DNA of 63,199 bases, counting the filler, from Globobulimina sp. (lineage: Eukaryota), in assembly GCA_003354225.1 (NCBI GenBank). It is 19 parts of 19 records of this genome, joined end to end, with 100 filler letters (N's around TTAATTAATTAA, not from the genome) between each part and the next. Parts side by side here need not be neighbours in the genome. Positions count along the whole stretch, not along the records: positions 33,330 to 36,560 come from PIVH01003358.1; positions 36,661 to 39,890 come from PIVH01003359.1; positions 39,991 to 43,220 come from PIVH01003360.1; positions 43,321 to 46,550 come from PIVH01003361.1; positions 46,651 to 49,880 come from PIVH01003362.1; 14 more parts are not named here. The stretch is one strand, 5' to 3'. Position numbers and translations under genes: made by a program. Of this stretch, positions 33,705 through 46,651 are shown piece by piece. Each line of letters begins with the position of its first letter. Positions within the stretch are counted from its first letter, which is position 1. The notes under the pieces were generated by a model. It did no database searches, was not told where the DNA came from, and saw only the letters and a program-made list of their open reading frames with translations.

Positions 33705-36560
33705 CTACTGTACAGTAACTGAAACCCAGTCATTGCTTAACACAGACACTGGTGTACTCAGTCCACGGCAATCCACATTAGATACACTCACTATTTCCGC
33801 CAAATTCCGCTCAGTTTCCATCTATTTTATGCATTTATCGTTTCCAAATTATAATCTATAAACAAATAACAAACAAAACTTTAAGCTCCATTCTCTTTTG
33901 CAATTTGCTATTCCAATTAATATTTCCTTTTCTCTCATCCAATGTTGTATTTTCCTGTTGAGTTTTAGCAATAATAGATTTCGAATGCGCTGTATCTAAA
34001 TTATCAATAATGCTGGAAACATCACTTGGTGCATTAACTTCTTTTTTCTTTGATTCAATAAACTGTAAACCAGGGCCAACATCACCTCCATCATCGTCAG
34101 ACTCAACAATCATTGTACTGCTGCCAGGATAGGCATTGTAGCTAAACGGTTCAACCTGATTTCGATCACCAAAATCAGCAATTTCTTCTGACGAACCTGA
34201 TGAACCTGCTGTCAACGATGACATTTTCTTCTGATGAACTGTAAACCACTCAATATGTAAATAACCGCATCAATAAAACTATTCTATACAAACCTGACGA
34301 CATTGTTCGATGTCTAACCGAAGAATTCTTTTTGAAGAAAAACGCTTTCTCGAAAATACCAACAGATAAACGTGGTTCAGATCGAGACCGTTGCAATTCA
34401 AATAAATCTGAGCTCGGCAGCTTTGGATCTTGGTGCAATGTGTCCTGTTCATTGATAACACTCATCGCACTTTGCTGCATTTTGTGCGCATCTTCAATGT
34501 CTGTGCTCCGTTTCTGAGTTTCGAATTCTGCAGTTTTCATGTCTGGATTATTGACTTTAAACAGTATGGATCCATCCCATTCGGTTTGAATTGATTTCCT
34601 GCCATGAAATCGTGCTGTTTTCACCGTGGAAGCAGCATTCAAGAAAGCTGATAATGTATTGTTCAAAGCTAACGTATCTGCATCAGCGTTGTCATCTAAT
34701 TTGGCATTTTCTGCGTTTACGTTCAGATCCGGCATCGGCACTGCATAATGATTTAAGTTATGGTCAGAAAATGTGATGGGATTGCTTTTATATTTTACTT
34801 TCCGAATTTCAAAGCTTTTATGTTGTATATAATTATGGCTCACCACAATGTTTCTGATTTTTTTCCATTTGTTCAGCCATGTGGCGGGATATTCATTCTT
34901 CAAAATGTTTAATATATCGTTAACTTTCAAAATGTAAAATTCCGCCCATGTGCTACATGCAACAGATACTTTTCTTTTGGGTGAAATCAACGAATATTCA
35001 CCGAAAATATGACCACGTTTCAATTCGATCAAATCGTTACTTCGTTGGTCATAAAATCGCATCCTCGACACACCTGTTCGTTGAATATATATTTCCTTGG
35101 CACGGTCACCCACTTTAAACAATTGATAATCTTCGTTGCATGAAATCGATCTCATTTTCAGCGCAAGTTGACCTAATACGGATTTATTCATATGATTAAA
35201 CATATCAATTTGAGTTAGAATCCGATGCGATAAATACTTATGAATATCACTTTGTAAATACGGCGGCAATGATTGAATTAAGTCATGTTCGTTGAAGACG
35301 TAATTATATTGACAATGATACGAAATATGAGTTAGAATAGCACGCGTCAGCTCTTTTGGCAATTTCTTAATCTCACAGAAAGACTGAGCTTCCTCCAATT
35401 TAGCATGTTCGTATGCTCTGTCTTTGTCGCCTTCGGTTATCAGCACTGTCAATGTGCCGATAAAATATGAAAAAAATATTGTTCCAATGATGATGCAAAT
35501 AGAAGAAACCCATTGTTCAGTGGTGTTTGTGGCAACTATGTAATTAACATGTTTTGAGCATTTTGTTAAAGTGTTTCTACAAATATTACGTACCTATATC
35601 GCCATAACCTATATTTGATGAGCACTGATCTTAATATGTTCTGACGATGAAAATAAATGGGTACAATACCTGTGGTAAAAAGTGTGACCACGGCCCAATA
35701 CCACGCGTAAGAATAGCCAGCAAAATTATTTGTTACATCTTCTTTTATTTTGTCAATCCAAGAGGTTTCATGATGTGTATGTTCGCCAACAAACCACCAA
35801 CAACATGCTGTTTATGTATATATACGTTTAAAATTTAAATGTTTTTTTATAGATACACAGACCTGCAAAATGCGCGAACAATAACATGAAAAATATTACT
35901 TTTGAAAGCTTTAAAAATGCTTTAATTTCCCTCCCAAAGTGTCTTGTGAGACTGTCAAAGATATGGACCACTTTCAGGAATCGTAAAATTTTGATGATTC
36001 GCAATGTTTTGAAGAATCGCAAAATGAAAAGAAATTCAAATCCAAGCGCTTCTTCGTTATTCAATAACTGAAATGGAATACACGTCGCTATGTCAATAAT
36101 AAACCATGATTTTAGATATCGAATACTGATTAACTTTGGATCGATAATTAATTTCAATGCGTCTAAACGGTCAAAATATGCAGTACGGAAATTTATGATT
36201 ACATCAATTAATAATGATAGGTCTACAAATAATGCGATTAAACCGATGCCAGTGTTAAGACTTAGATCAATTTCAAATGCTAATGAGACCTGCAAATAAA
36301 TTATGGTATAGACACACAAAGATATTATTTATATATATATATATGGCAATTAACTGGAGCTTCGACGCAGGTGTATAATAATAAAACCATTGTAAATATG
36401 TCCCAGAAATAACGAAATGGACCAAATGGATGAAATAATGGTAAAACATCATTCAACGAACAATTATCGTTTGTTCCATATACTCTCGATTTTGAAAATT
36501 GTTTGTAAAGTCTACCGATGTTGGATGGTTGAGGATTATCAATCATTTCAATTTCATGAT
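33705..36560 (-). CDS. Cyclic-nucleotide-binding-domain K+ channel (EAG/HCN/CNG superfamily), 5'-truncated, multi-exon
   Basis: NFRTAY, YLKSWFIID, S4 LRFFKTLRIIKILRFLK, pore YWAVVTLFTTGYGDIVA, C-linker LPPYLQSDI, CNBD GHIFGE. Introns 36354-36290, 35862-35808, 35669-35609, 35593-35536, plus later ones; the last exon is tentative. Confidence 0.92.
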
Positions 36561-36660
36561 NNNNNNNNNNNNNNNNNNNNNNNNNNNNNNNNNNNNNNNN
36601 NNNNTTAATTAATTAANNNNNNNNNNNNNNNNNNNNNNNNNNNNNNNNNNNNNNNNNNNN

Positions 36661-37625
36661 AACTTATTACATTACAGATAAATGAATGTGTCTTATCCAA
36701 CATTATTGATTTGCAATTAATTCTTAATGGATGTATAAATATAAAATATCTCAATATGTGTTATATCACAATCGCAATCCCAACAGATTTAGAATCGGAT
36801 ATGAACAGTATACCAAATAAGAAGTTTACAGATCGCGTGGAGAGACATAAAGAAGTTCGTAAAAAATCAATTGCAAAATCAAAACATCATCAAATTGGGC
36901 GATTGAATGGCATTCCGATCATAAAAATACCCAAAACTGTAAAATATATGAAAATATATCATACCTTCGGTGCGCAGAATGTATTGCCTAATGATGATGG
37001 AGATGGAGATGGAGATGATGACGAATATGAATACGATGAATATGACTCTACCAATTCAACGCCGGTTTTATTTGCCATGGACGATGTTTACCCCTCACCC
37101 AAAAAAAAGCCAGTTGCCAATAAAAATAAGAGTAACATCTATCCGTTATCATTGCCTCCATTTTATTGCAATTTAGCGGCTTGTCGACAGAGATTAATTG
37201 AAGCCAATGTTGAAATAAATGATGCTTTCATAGTGGATCAGTTATTTGTGAATAACATGCAAGCTCTAAAACATGTCATTTTAAATTACAGCTCGCAAGA
37301 ACATAATCGATATCTTAATTTTACTGAATTTTGTGCCCTTTATTCCAATTTATATGAGAATTGGACCCAAATATACAGTAAAAATATCAAAATTATATTA
37401 AATAATTCGTTGTATGATGAGTTTAAATTATCTGTGAATAAAGTTAAAGGAAAACAGTTTTTCAAGAAGGTATTTAATAAAAATGAAAATGAGATTATTA
37501 AAGAGCAACAATTTGCATATTTAGAGAATCGATTTAATATAAAAAGCCATTCAGAAAATATATTTGTAAATAGATTATTGAAATCTACGGATTTTTTTCA
37601 ATCCAGAATCACTAACAATTTATAA
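36661..37625 (+). CDS. C-terminal part of a hypothetical LRR-like protein
   Basis: Long ORF from the contig edge; LQINECVLSNIIDLQLILNGCINIKYLNM resembles an F-box-type LRR. Confidence 0.55.
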
Positions 37626-37999
37626 TTTGTTACTTTATATTATACTATATTAGAAATCCGAGATCCTTTTTTTTTTGTTATTTTGTTTGTTTTTGTGTGT
37701 GCTGGTTTCGTTTGTTTATTGTTTCATGCACAACAAAGACAGTTACCATTGTTGATAATTAATCGTTGATAAAATTTCTGTCAATCAGAGTGTAGATAAA
37801 ATTATGTAATCTCATCTGACGATGACTAGTTTAATAACTCTGTTTACGTTGCTTTATATTTTTGAGATGTTTCAAATTAATTTATTTTTGGGAAATATTT
37901 CCCTTACTGATTATTTATTGTTTGCCCTTTTCTATGGCAACGCGTTTCAATTAGTTGGGTGAAAAAACACTTTCACTAAAAACTTAAACATCATTCACA

Positions 38000-38925
38000 A
38001 TGTCACAATACATCACAGCGCGAACCCAAACTGTGACCAACTCGCGAACCAAAGTCAGCACCATCGTCAATTTCCTACGTGGTCATCGTGGACCACATTC
38101 CATCCACAACATCCGTGCAAGGACACGTATAGACTTACAAAAGGCAGAAAACGTAAATGTCAAACTGTCCCTCCAACAAAAGCCAAAAGTGTTAGTATCC
38201 GGCACAACATTTGAATATCAAGTTAGCATAAAACACCTCTTGACCTTGCTCCAAAACAAAAATATATGACACACAACTCACAGCCAACCATTCCTGGCAT
38301 AAACAACAAGGACGAGTTACGTCTATACATTCAAAAAAAAGCACAAGGCGTCGCAGTGGAAGCGTTAGAAGACGCGTACGTTTCCGCTAAAACAGACATT
38401 GCCAAATGGTCGCAGACTGGCAGAATCACACAATTTATGAACAATGATACAAAAAAACATGTATGTTATTGGTATTTTGGTCGATTACGAAAACATCCCA
38501 TTGAGTTAGAAAAAGAGCAGGAAAAAAAGGAAAAAAGCAATGAGGAAGAAAAGATAAATGTGGATGAAGCGGAGGAGATAAATGATGGTGATGTGGATAA
38601 GGAATTGTTTCCATTGATTGGTGACTCTATAATTGCGACGTGGAGAGATGTTAAGATACCGGCAACCAAGGAACAGCTACAAAGGCAGTTGGAAGAAGTG
38701 AATCTAATCAGCGGTGCTTTCAGCAAAAAACGTACGCGGCAGAAAGCTGCGAGTTTTGTGGGCAATAAAAAGAAAAAAAGGAAGTTGAATTTTAGTCGAA
38801 TGAATTTGACCAATACTCATATGTTACAAGACGAGCAATTAAAGAAAACAATGACGGCTCAAAATGTAAAGAATAAGGGACAGAATGATCGGGAATTGCC
38901 CGCCTTGCCACCTACGTCCACGTGA
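38000..38925 (+). CDS. GTF2E2: Transcription initiation factor TFIIE beta subunit; intron 38222-38283
   Basis: Winged-helix regions, FEYQ|PTIPGINNKDEL, GVAVEALEDAY, WRDVKIP, basic C-terminus ending TNTHM. The phase-0 intron joins the two ORFs. Confidence 0.8.
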
Positions 38926-38959
38926 TATATATTCATAACAATTGTTCTCTTTTTGTTAG

Positions 38960-39890
38960 TTAAGGATACAGAGTGTTTATCAATGTTTGCATTGGTACTT
39001 TAGGATAATTGTCAAAACTAAAAATATTCCCAATACGTAAACCATTGCTTACCAGCTTATTCGTAGTCCAATTTGCCATTTGATTATCTGCAATTATTGC
39101 CAATTCAAGCAGAGAATGTGGTTCATGTAATTTTACAGATTTTAACAAAGTACTGGCATTTGGTGTTAATGTCCACGATATTTTAAACAATAAATTAGGA
39201 TCCGTACCACCATCATTATACAACTGTACTTGCCTATCATTAAACTGCTCCATTTCTGTAATATTTGGGCTGTTTGCATATGTATTTTGAATTGCTTTAT
39301 ACCATATATTTGGATATGAATCAAAAACAGAAACATCACTCCATTTCATAGATAGTAAAATCCGATGATGAGAGCTTATCATTTCACCATAAGTGGGGAA
39401 TGGATCTGTTGCACTTTGCCTTCTCGGATATAAATAGTCACCAAATTGTTGAGTAAAATTGTTACATAAAGTAGCAACTTTCCCAGACGTTAGATTGCCT
39501 CCACATAAATTATTTGCGGCAATGATAACAATTTCATATGGATGTTCCTCTAAAAATTGTATAATATTTGAGGATAAATAATGTATGGACTGACCCACCT
39601 GATGATGATAAGTGTGCCATTCTTGTGTTACATTCCAAAGACCACAACGCATGTCAATATACCTGGTACCATTTAATAATTGATAATATAAATTGTGTGG
39701 CTGCGCTTTGGACCATAATCTAACTGTACGTGCTTATAATTATATATATATAAAACATAGGAACAGAGCACAAACCAACTTCGTCAGCTGGTAGTCCTAT
39801 TTCATCTGCAATTTGGATGATTACATCTTCGAAATGTGGTTCGCTGCCTGGCATTATGTAATTTGTTAGATTATAAGCACCAGAATCCTA
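38960..39890 (-). CDS. PI-PLC X-domain-containing protein (PLCXD-like), 5'-truncated, one intron at about 39725-39775
   Basis: DSGAY, WSKAQ, QLLNGTRYIDMR, FLEEHPYEIVII, LTP. Confidence 0.85.
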
Positions 39891-40005
39891 NNNNNNNNNN
39901 NNNNNNNNNNNNNNNNNNNNNNNNNNNNNNNNNNTTAATTAATTAANNNNNNNNNNNNNNNNNNNNNNNNNNNNNNNNNNNNNNNNNNNNAAAGCAAAAA
40001 GTCAA

Positions 40006-40746
40006 ATGGCATCAATTGCAAGAAGCCAAGAACCTGCAAAACCGTTAAAAATAAATGAAAACCAACAAGAAAAAAGAAGCAAATCACACTTTGACGAATT
40101 CACAACAATTAAAAAATATCCACCACACAAAAACAACAAGTCAAGTTAATTGATTATTACATTTACGGTCTCATATTCCCATTCCTATAATCCATAACAA
40201 CCGCAGTTTCTAATTCGCTCTCAATAGTGCGAATCCCTGAACTGATCAAAAAACAATGGATATTCATTGCTCGTCAATGTGGATGATACTAAAGATATAT
40301 ATTTGGAAGACAGCAATTATGATTTTAGAATATGGTATGAAAGCGATGAAGGAAAAATATACGTAACACCGCATATAAAAATGAATGCTTTTTGGAGAAC
40401 AGAAGGTTTTGTACGAAATGGTTATTCGCTGTGGATTCAATATGAATGTGTATTTTACGAAGGATATTTGGAAGTAATTAGGGATAAGGCAGTGGAAAAT
40501 GGATTGGTGTTTGGATATTGTGGAACGCAGAAGAATCCAACGTGTGATAAGTGTAACATAAGGATGCGTATATATACTGCGAGAAAAGGTAATGCTTGGA
40601 ATTATGGCAGAAAGTTTTTTAAGTGTTTTAAATGCAAAGCTTTTCTTTGGATTGACGGTACTGAGGCATACAGTGATGCTGCAGGTAGAAGGTGTCAAGA
40701 ATGTGAGACAGATGACTTTGGATATAATGATTGTATGATGATGTAG
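40006..40746 (+). CDS. GRF-type zinc-finger protein (5' exon structure uncertain, possible frameshift near 40250)
   Basis: PTCDKC..TARKGNAWNYGRKFFKCFKCKAFLWID. The ATG exon at 40006 with intron 40145-40206 does not join in frame. Confidence 0.6.
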
Positions 40747-40864
40747 TTTTTGATATTGTATCAATCAGCTGTGTACTTTATAGTTTTTAATTTCATATAC
40801 TTTTGAAACACTTTTCTTTGAAACTGATTTCCAAAGTAGGTAAAATATTTTAACATCAGTGATC

Positions 40865-42121
40865 ATGGGTTGTTTTTTAAACAAGCATATGGCAATTAAC
40901 ACATGGGAGCGAGAGGAAATTAACAAAAGACATATTATGTTGACTGGAACAGCTTGTTCTGGGAAATCAACATTTCTGAGGCAATTATCATTTATTTATG
41001 GCGATGGTTTCCAATTTTATGGCGATGATTCTCTTTATTTTAACTATATTTTTTCTCAAATAGTCTCACAAATGCAACTAGTTATCAGACATATTAATGA
41101 TATTAATATTAACGTGTTTGATTCAAATGAATTGGATGCAATTAACATTGTTTTAAATGTTGCAAATGGTGGATTTGCAGATACATTTCCTGTAAATGTT
41201 GCAAATGCAATACAATGTCTATCTAAAAATGATCAAGTATTGCAACAAATATCTGATTCACATTATGTTGATAGGAATATTATTTCTGCATCGACTATAA
41301 ACTATTTTTGGAATCATATTGATCGAATTAAGGCAGATAATTACATTCCAAATGAAGCAGATGTCCTCGCTGTTCGCATTAGAACTGGTGGATTGATACG
41401 GAAAACATTTGAAATTAATAAAGATATAAAATTAATGGTTTTCGATGTTGGTGGATTGAGACAGTACAGGAAAAAATCGTTGCATGTTTTAAAGACATGG
41501 CCTTTTGATACTGTGATATATACAGTTTCATTAAATGGTTATAACCAACAAATGTTTGAGGATTTGCATGTGAATGTAATGACTGATTCATTAGAACTAT
41601 TTGAAAGAATTTGTAGTATCGAAAATTTAAAGCGTACAAATATCATTTTGTTATTTACTGTGACAGATTTATTTGAGGAGAAAATCAAACATACTCCGAT
41701 TACAGTTTGGGAAAAGTCTGCAGATTTTGATGAATTTGTTGCGCCGTACATGTCTGTAATATGTATAATTTGTAAACATTATTGTTGTAGTTCAAAAAGT
41801 ATAAATATTCCAATAAATATTAAAAATTTAATAACAATTTTTTGTGGATTTGGAATGAATATTTATGATTTAGATGTTTCAAAGTTGAATGAATTGGACA
41901 TTAATATGGATAATATGAATAATATGAGGAGTGATCCTAATGATTATGATTGTGCCCGATTTTACATCAAACATAAATTTGAAGCAAAGAATGAGGATGA
42001 AAATAAAACAATTCATTCATATTTTATCAATCTATTGGATAAGCGAAATGTAGAGGATGTTATAAATGATATAAAACCGATTATGTTACAAAAAACGTAT
42101 ATTGCCCATCAGTTTCTGTGA
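40865..42121 (+). CDS. Highly divergent, intronless G-protein alpha subunit
   Basis: MGC start, GTACSGKST, RIRTGG, DVGGLR, DSLELF, ILLFTVTDLFEEK. Confidence 0.88.
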   Translation: MGCFLNKHMAINTWEREEINKRHIMLTGTACSGKSTFLRQLSFIYGDGFQFYGDDSLYFNYIFSQIVSQMQLVIRHINDININVFDSNELDAINIVLNVANGGFADTFPVNVANAIQCLSKNDQVLQQISDSHYVDRNIISASTINYFWNHIDRIKADNYIPNEADVLAVRIRTGGLIRKTFEINKDIKLMVFDVGGLRQYRKKSLHVLKTWPFDTVIYTVSLNGYNQQMFEDLHVNVMTDSLELFERICSIENLKRTNIILLFTVTDLFEEKIKHTPITVWEKSADFDEFVAPYMSVICIICKHYCCSSKSINIPINIKNLITIFCGFGMNIYDLDVSKLNELDINMDNMNNMRSDPNDYDCARFYIKHKFEAKNEDENKTIHSYFINLLDKRNVEDVINDIKPIMLQKTYIAHQFL

Positions 42122-42127
42122 AAACCT

Positions 42128-42158
42128 TTCTGTGAAAACCTTTCAAGTAAAGTATAAT
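42128..42158. repeat. Dispersed motif A, copy 2 (5' half tandemly duplicated, providing the G-alpha stop codon)
   Basis: TTTCTGTGAAAACC TTTCTGTGAAAACCTTTCAAGTAAAGTATAAT. Confidence 0.9.
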
Positions 42159-42272
42159 GTTTTTTTTTTAATTGACTTTTTGCTTCCTGTGAAATGGTCG
42201 ATGGTAACGTACAGTTTTCTGCAGTTTTCCAAAAGCTTGACTGAATTAGTCTGAATATTCACCAGCTCCAAT

Positions 42273-42641
42273 CTAAATGCACGGCTCACTAATTACATTC
42301 AATTGCGGGATGAATGACAATGATGAATGCCTTGGTGTGGATAGGTTGAACAGCAAATGTGTTAATATGGTAACAGGAAATAGGCAGAAATAGAGATGGA
42401 TATTAATTAAGAATATGTATGACACAATAAATGAGCAAATAATAACAATATTTCTTGTGGTATAAAATCTATAAAAATTGAATAAAGATTCCCACACTGA
42501 TAATATTATAATGCAATAAGCAATGATCCAGTCGACAGCGCCATACATTGTGTCGAGATTAGTAATGGTATTGAATGATAAACGCGTTATTTTGTCAATC
42601 AATAATATCCCAAATGTGAATGTTGTCGCTTCTGCATGCAT
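42273..42641 (-). pseudogene. Fragment of a multi-pass (7TM-like) membrane protein
   Basis: Short hydrophobic ORF with WESLFNFYRFYTT; appears to lack helices. Confidence 0.35.
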
Positions 42642-43320
42642 TGTGGTTTTTGATCAATGTTGGAATGTGTCAATGAAAATGAATCGAATGGAAATCAGCA
42701 ATTAAAACAATGCAAATAATAAATAAAATATAAAATAAAAAAGCTGCAGGGAAGAAATCAAAATCTTCCTCAACACCGAATAAACAAAACTGACATTCAC
42801 GTTTCACTAATTTGTATGGGTCCGATGCGGATGCTATAAACAGTACTTATATTATAATATGATCTTATTATACAGATTCAGATGAGGAAGAATCAGACGA
42901 TAAATTATTTAAAGAGCGCTGGAACCAGAGGCTGAAGATCGAATTAAGCCTAAACCTGAACCAGAATATTTAGCTCCAGAGACAGAGCCAGAATCAGAAC
43001 CGAACGATTAGTGAGTAATAGCCATTTGTGTGATTAGTGAGTAATAGCAATTTTGTAGGTTTTTGTTGTGTGTGTGTTTGTGTGTCTTGATTTGTGTACC
43101 GGTTCTGTTAAATTAAACTGTTAAAAGCAAGTCAGTCTGCGAAAACTGTAAAACTGTAAAATCGTTCTAACCATCGATCATTTCACTTAAAGCAAAAAGT
43201 CAAATGACATCAATTGCAAGNNNNNNNNNNNNNNNNNNNNNNNNNNNNNNNNNNNNNNNNNNNNTTAATTAATTAANNNNNNNNNNNNNNNNNNNNNNNN
43301 NNNNNNNNNNNNNNNNNNNN

Positions 43321-44224
43321 GCCCAAATAGGCGCCGGTTCTCACTGTGCGACACATTCTTGATCTGCAACACCAATATGTTGACCATGGGATGCAAGTCG
43401 ATATGGACGCTGCTACTGATCTCGCGCAGGAAGTCGGATAACACGATCTCGGTTTGTTTGACGATCTCGTTCTTGTCATCCTGCAGCATTTTGAACAGAC
43501 CGTCCAGAAAAGAGGGCAAGTACTCCAACAATTCGATGCCCGGCGTGTTGTTTAGTAATATGATCCATTGCAACAACAATTCGCGGACGTACGGGTTCTG
43601 ATTGTTCATATACGTTTTGAGCAACGGGATGAACAGTTTTAGGTTGAATTGGTCCCCGCTCCGCGTCACGATCTCTTTGATCAATCGGTCCAACAAACTC
43701 GCAGCTTCCTTCACGTTCCCGTCCGGGTCCTCCAACAACGTGCATAAGCCTTCGAATATGCGGTCAAAGTGCTCCAAGATGTGCTCGCGCGCCACTTTGG
43801 AGATATTGTACAGACTCTCGCACGCATAGTATCGAACGCGGGCTTCTTGGTCTTGCAGCAAGGAGCAGACCGCAGGGAGCATGACGTCTAAATATAAGGA
43901 GGTGTCGCGGTTTAAGCCCAAGGCCACGCCGGCAAGCCCGATCAAGCCGCCCTTGCGGTGGTTGGCCTGCGTGGAACGGATGAAAGTCTGGACGAGGAAA
44001 TTGATGGTCAATGCGATTTGGGTGCGGCCCGACACCTTATTTGTTTTCTTGGTGGCTTTGGTTTTGGTGTTGTTTTTTTCCTTTTCCTCTTCGGCGGCGG
44101 CGGCGTTGTTCAATTGGCGGACTAATTGTTCTATGTTTAATGCGCCTTGCTTGCGTTTGTCGTAACTTCGGTCCGAGAGATTACGACAAATGTTGTGCGA
44201 GAGGACTTGTTCTGATTGTGACAT
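43321..44224 (-). CDS. VAC14: VAC14 (PIKfyve complex scaffold), N-terminal part
   Basis: LSDRSYDKRKQGAL, RKGGLIGLA, RVRYYACESLYNISKVAR, LLDRLIKEIV, YLPSFLDGLF. Confidence 0.96.
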
Positions 44225-44471
44225 GACGACAGTGTTTCGACTTGACTGTTTTCTTTAACACATCGCGTATTTCTCTGTTTTTTTTGTACAAACCGTTTGC
44301 GTTAATGTGCAACAGAAACAGAAACCTAGTCCAATAACTGATCAATATTAATTGTGACAATTCATGCTTCTCTGTTTTAGGACAATAATTACCAGCAAAG
44401 AATATACTACAATTACAAATTAAAACATATATAAATACAAACCCGGCCGTATACCCATACGCCACAAATAA

Positions 44472-46359
44472 ATGGACAGCATTCAGCCACACACCACGTG
44501 TGTCTGTGAATTAAACGCTAGCAAGAAATCATTATTAATCGATGGATTTTGCACAACTCATCATTTCGATCCAATTCCCACCGATATTTGTGATCTAATC
44601 GCACAATTTAACAAATCCATCGTATGGATCATCCAAAACGAAGCAGTTCAACAACTATCTCCCATACAAATCAACAATGATCATTTGGTCGAGTTACACC
44701 GGTTAAACGGACCGATATTTTCGATATATCTCAGTGATCATGAAAATAACATTAAGTTCCAATTAAAAATTGAACATACGAGCAAGAACAACATCGAGTT
44801 GCATCTCGTGTTAATCTCCAAATTGCCAGAACGCCACATCAAGAATATGACAATGAGAGTGTCATTGATTTGCAACGAGACCCAGACGGAAAAAAGACAG
44901 TTTTGTCTAATCGATAACGATTATAATTATATTGAGCTATTTGAACAAGATATATTACCCTTTGATGAGATATTAAAGTACAAACAATTAGTCATAAGCT
45001 GTAATGTGGAGATATTATCCATTGAGTATTTGAAGAATACGCACAATCCATACATTAAGCCCATAAAATTAAATCAATACGATAAGGAAACACAGTTTGA
45101 ATGGGATATCACCGAAAATCTTATAAATTCGTTCAAAAACGCAAAATATGGCAAAAGTTATTATAGCAGAGATATCAGTAATATTTGGTGTTTATGCTGC
45201 TATCCAAATGGTGATAATGTTGACAATAAAGGATCTTTGTTATTATCTCTGAAATTGTTAAGGCTGCCACTACAAATATCAACTATTCAAATCACTTTTG
45301 AACTGAAATGTAATCATAAAACATGGACACAAAAACAGTGCTTATTCAGTTATGCTTCGCCGGTTCAAATGTGGCCAAATCACATATTTAAAACATCATC
45401 ATTGTACCCGTTGGATTGTCTGACATTTAGTGCGTCGATACAAATCAATCGAGTTTCTGGTATGAATGGTCAAGAAATTCATAAATCAAACTGGGGTCAA
45501 TCTGGCATTAAGTCAATATTTCAAGATATGGACTTTGCTCAGGATATGGAATTTGACAGCGATCCAATGCACAAATTAACAGAACAAACAGTTGGCATTC
45601 CAGTATGTGATATGTGCATAAATTTAAAATATGATAGCAGCCGTTATAAAATCATGTATATAGCAATTAACGTTATTGAACACAATTGCAATTGCAACAG
45701 ATGATGATCATAAAGTGGATGTACATGAAACTTCGGTTGAAATGCGGTTTAAAGAATGGTTGTGTGATTCATTGCATTTCGATCAATATTTGGTTTTATT
45801 TCAAAAGCATGACCAAGCTGACATTCGTAAGGTAGAATATTTGACAGATATTGCTTTGCAAGATATGGATATTGACAATGAAAGCCATCGTAAAACGATA
45901 CTGAATGCTGTGTATGAATCTAGTTGCACACAACATGCATTCGAGCAAGTATTAGATGGAAATGCTGTGTTGAAACAATATAAACAACAGTTACAAATCC
46001 ATGGTATATTAACTTTAAATGATTTGAAGAGAGAAATTAAATCCAAACATGATGTTGAATGTGTGTTTGGTTTGGATGAAGGGGATGAAAGAATCGATGA
46101 AATATGGAATACGATGCATCCATCTTCTAACAAAGATATTAATTCAGATATTACCACATTACACAACGAATGTAAACAGACCGTATCTTATCTCAATGTT
46201 AAAATATCTGAAATTCAGAAACAATTTGCAAAGTTTCAGAATAATATATTTTGTCAGACCGTGCCTCTGCGAGATAAATCAGGAAGAATTATGAATGAGT
46301 TGATGTGGGATTTGCAGACATTACAAGCATCGTTAAAACGCTTTCAATCTGATGTTTAG
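44472..46359 (+). CDS. Protein with two MATH-like domains, a SAM domain and a coiled coil; intron 45603-45663
   Basis: N-terminal LLIDGF..IPTDICDLIAQF; FEWDI..WCLCCYPNG; SAM EWL..FDQYLVLF..LQDMDI..HRKTIL. The phase-0 intron GTATGT...TATAG joins the ORFs. Confidence 0.72.
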
Positions 46360-46651
46360 TACTTTTTATATACAATTTGAATATTATAACAAGTCCAACA
46401 CCAACACATTTAGTCGCGGCGTACTTCTATGAGTGCTCAACCCGATGTACTTTTAGCCACTACATCAATGAGCTCATCGATGCTGTCATCCACTGTGGGA
46501 GCATTTGAACATCATTCAAAAACTGTTGATGTATTGGATGTTAATACAGANNNNNNNNNNNNNNNNNNNNNNNNNNNNNNNNNNNNNNNNNNNNTTAATT
46601 AATTAANNNNNNNNNNNNNNNNNNNNNNNNNNNNNNNNNNNNNNNNNNNNG

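Noticed and set aside
39991-43220. Circular molecule inferred from the terminal repeat
   Set aside because: The terminal copies differ by one base, whereas an assembler overlap would be exact. A tandem or paralogous repeat is more likely.
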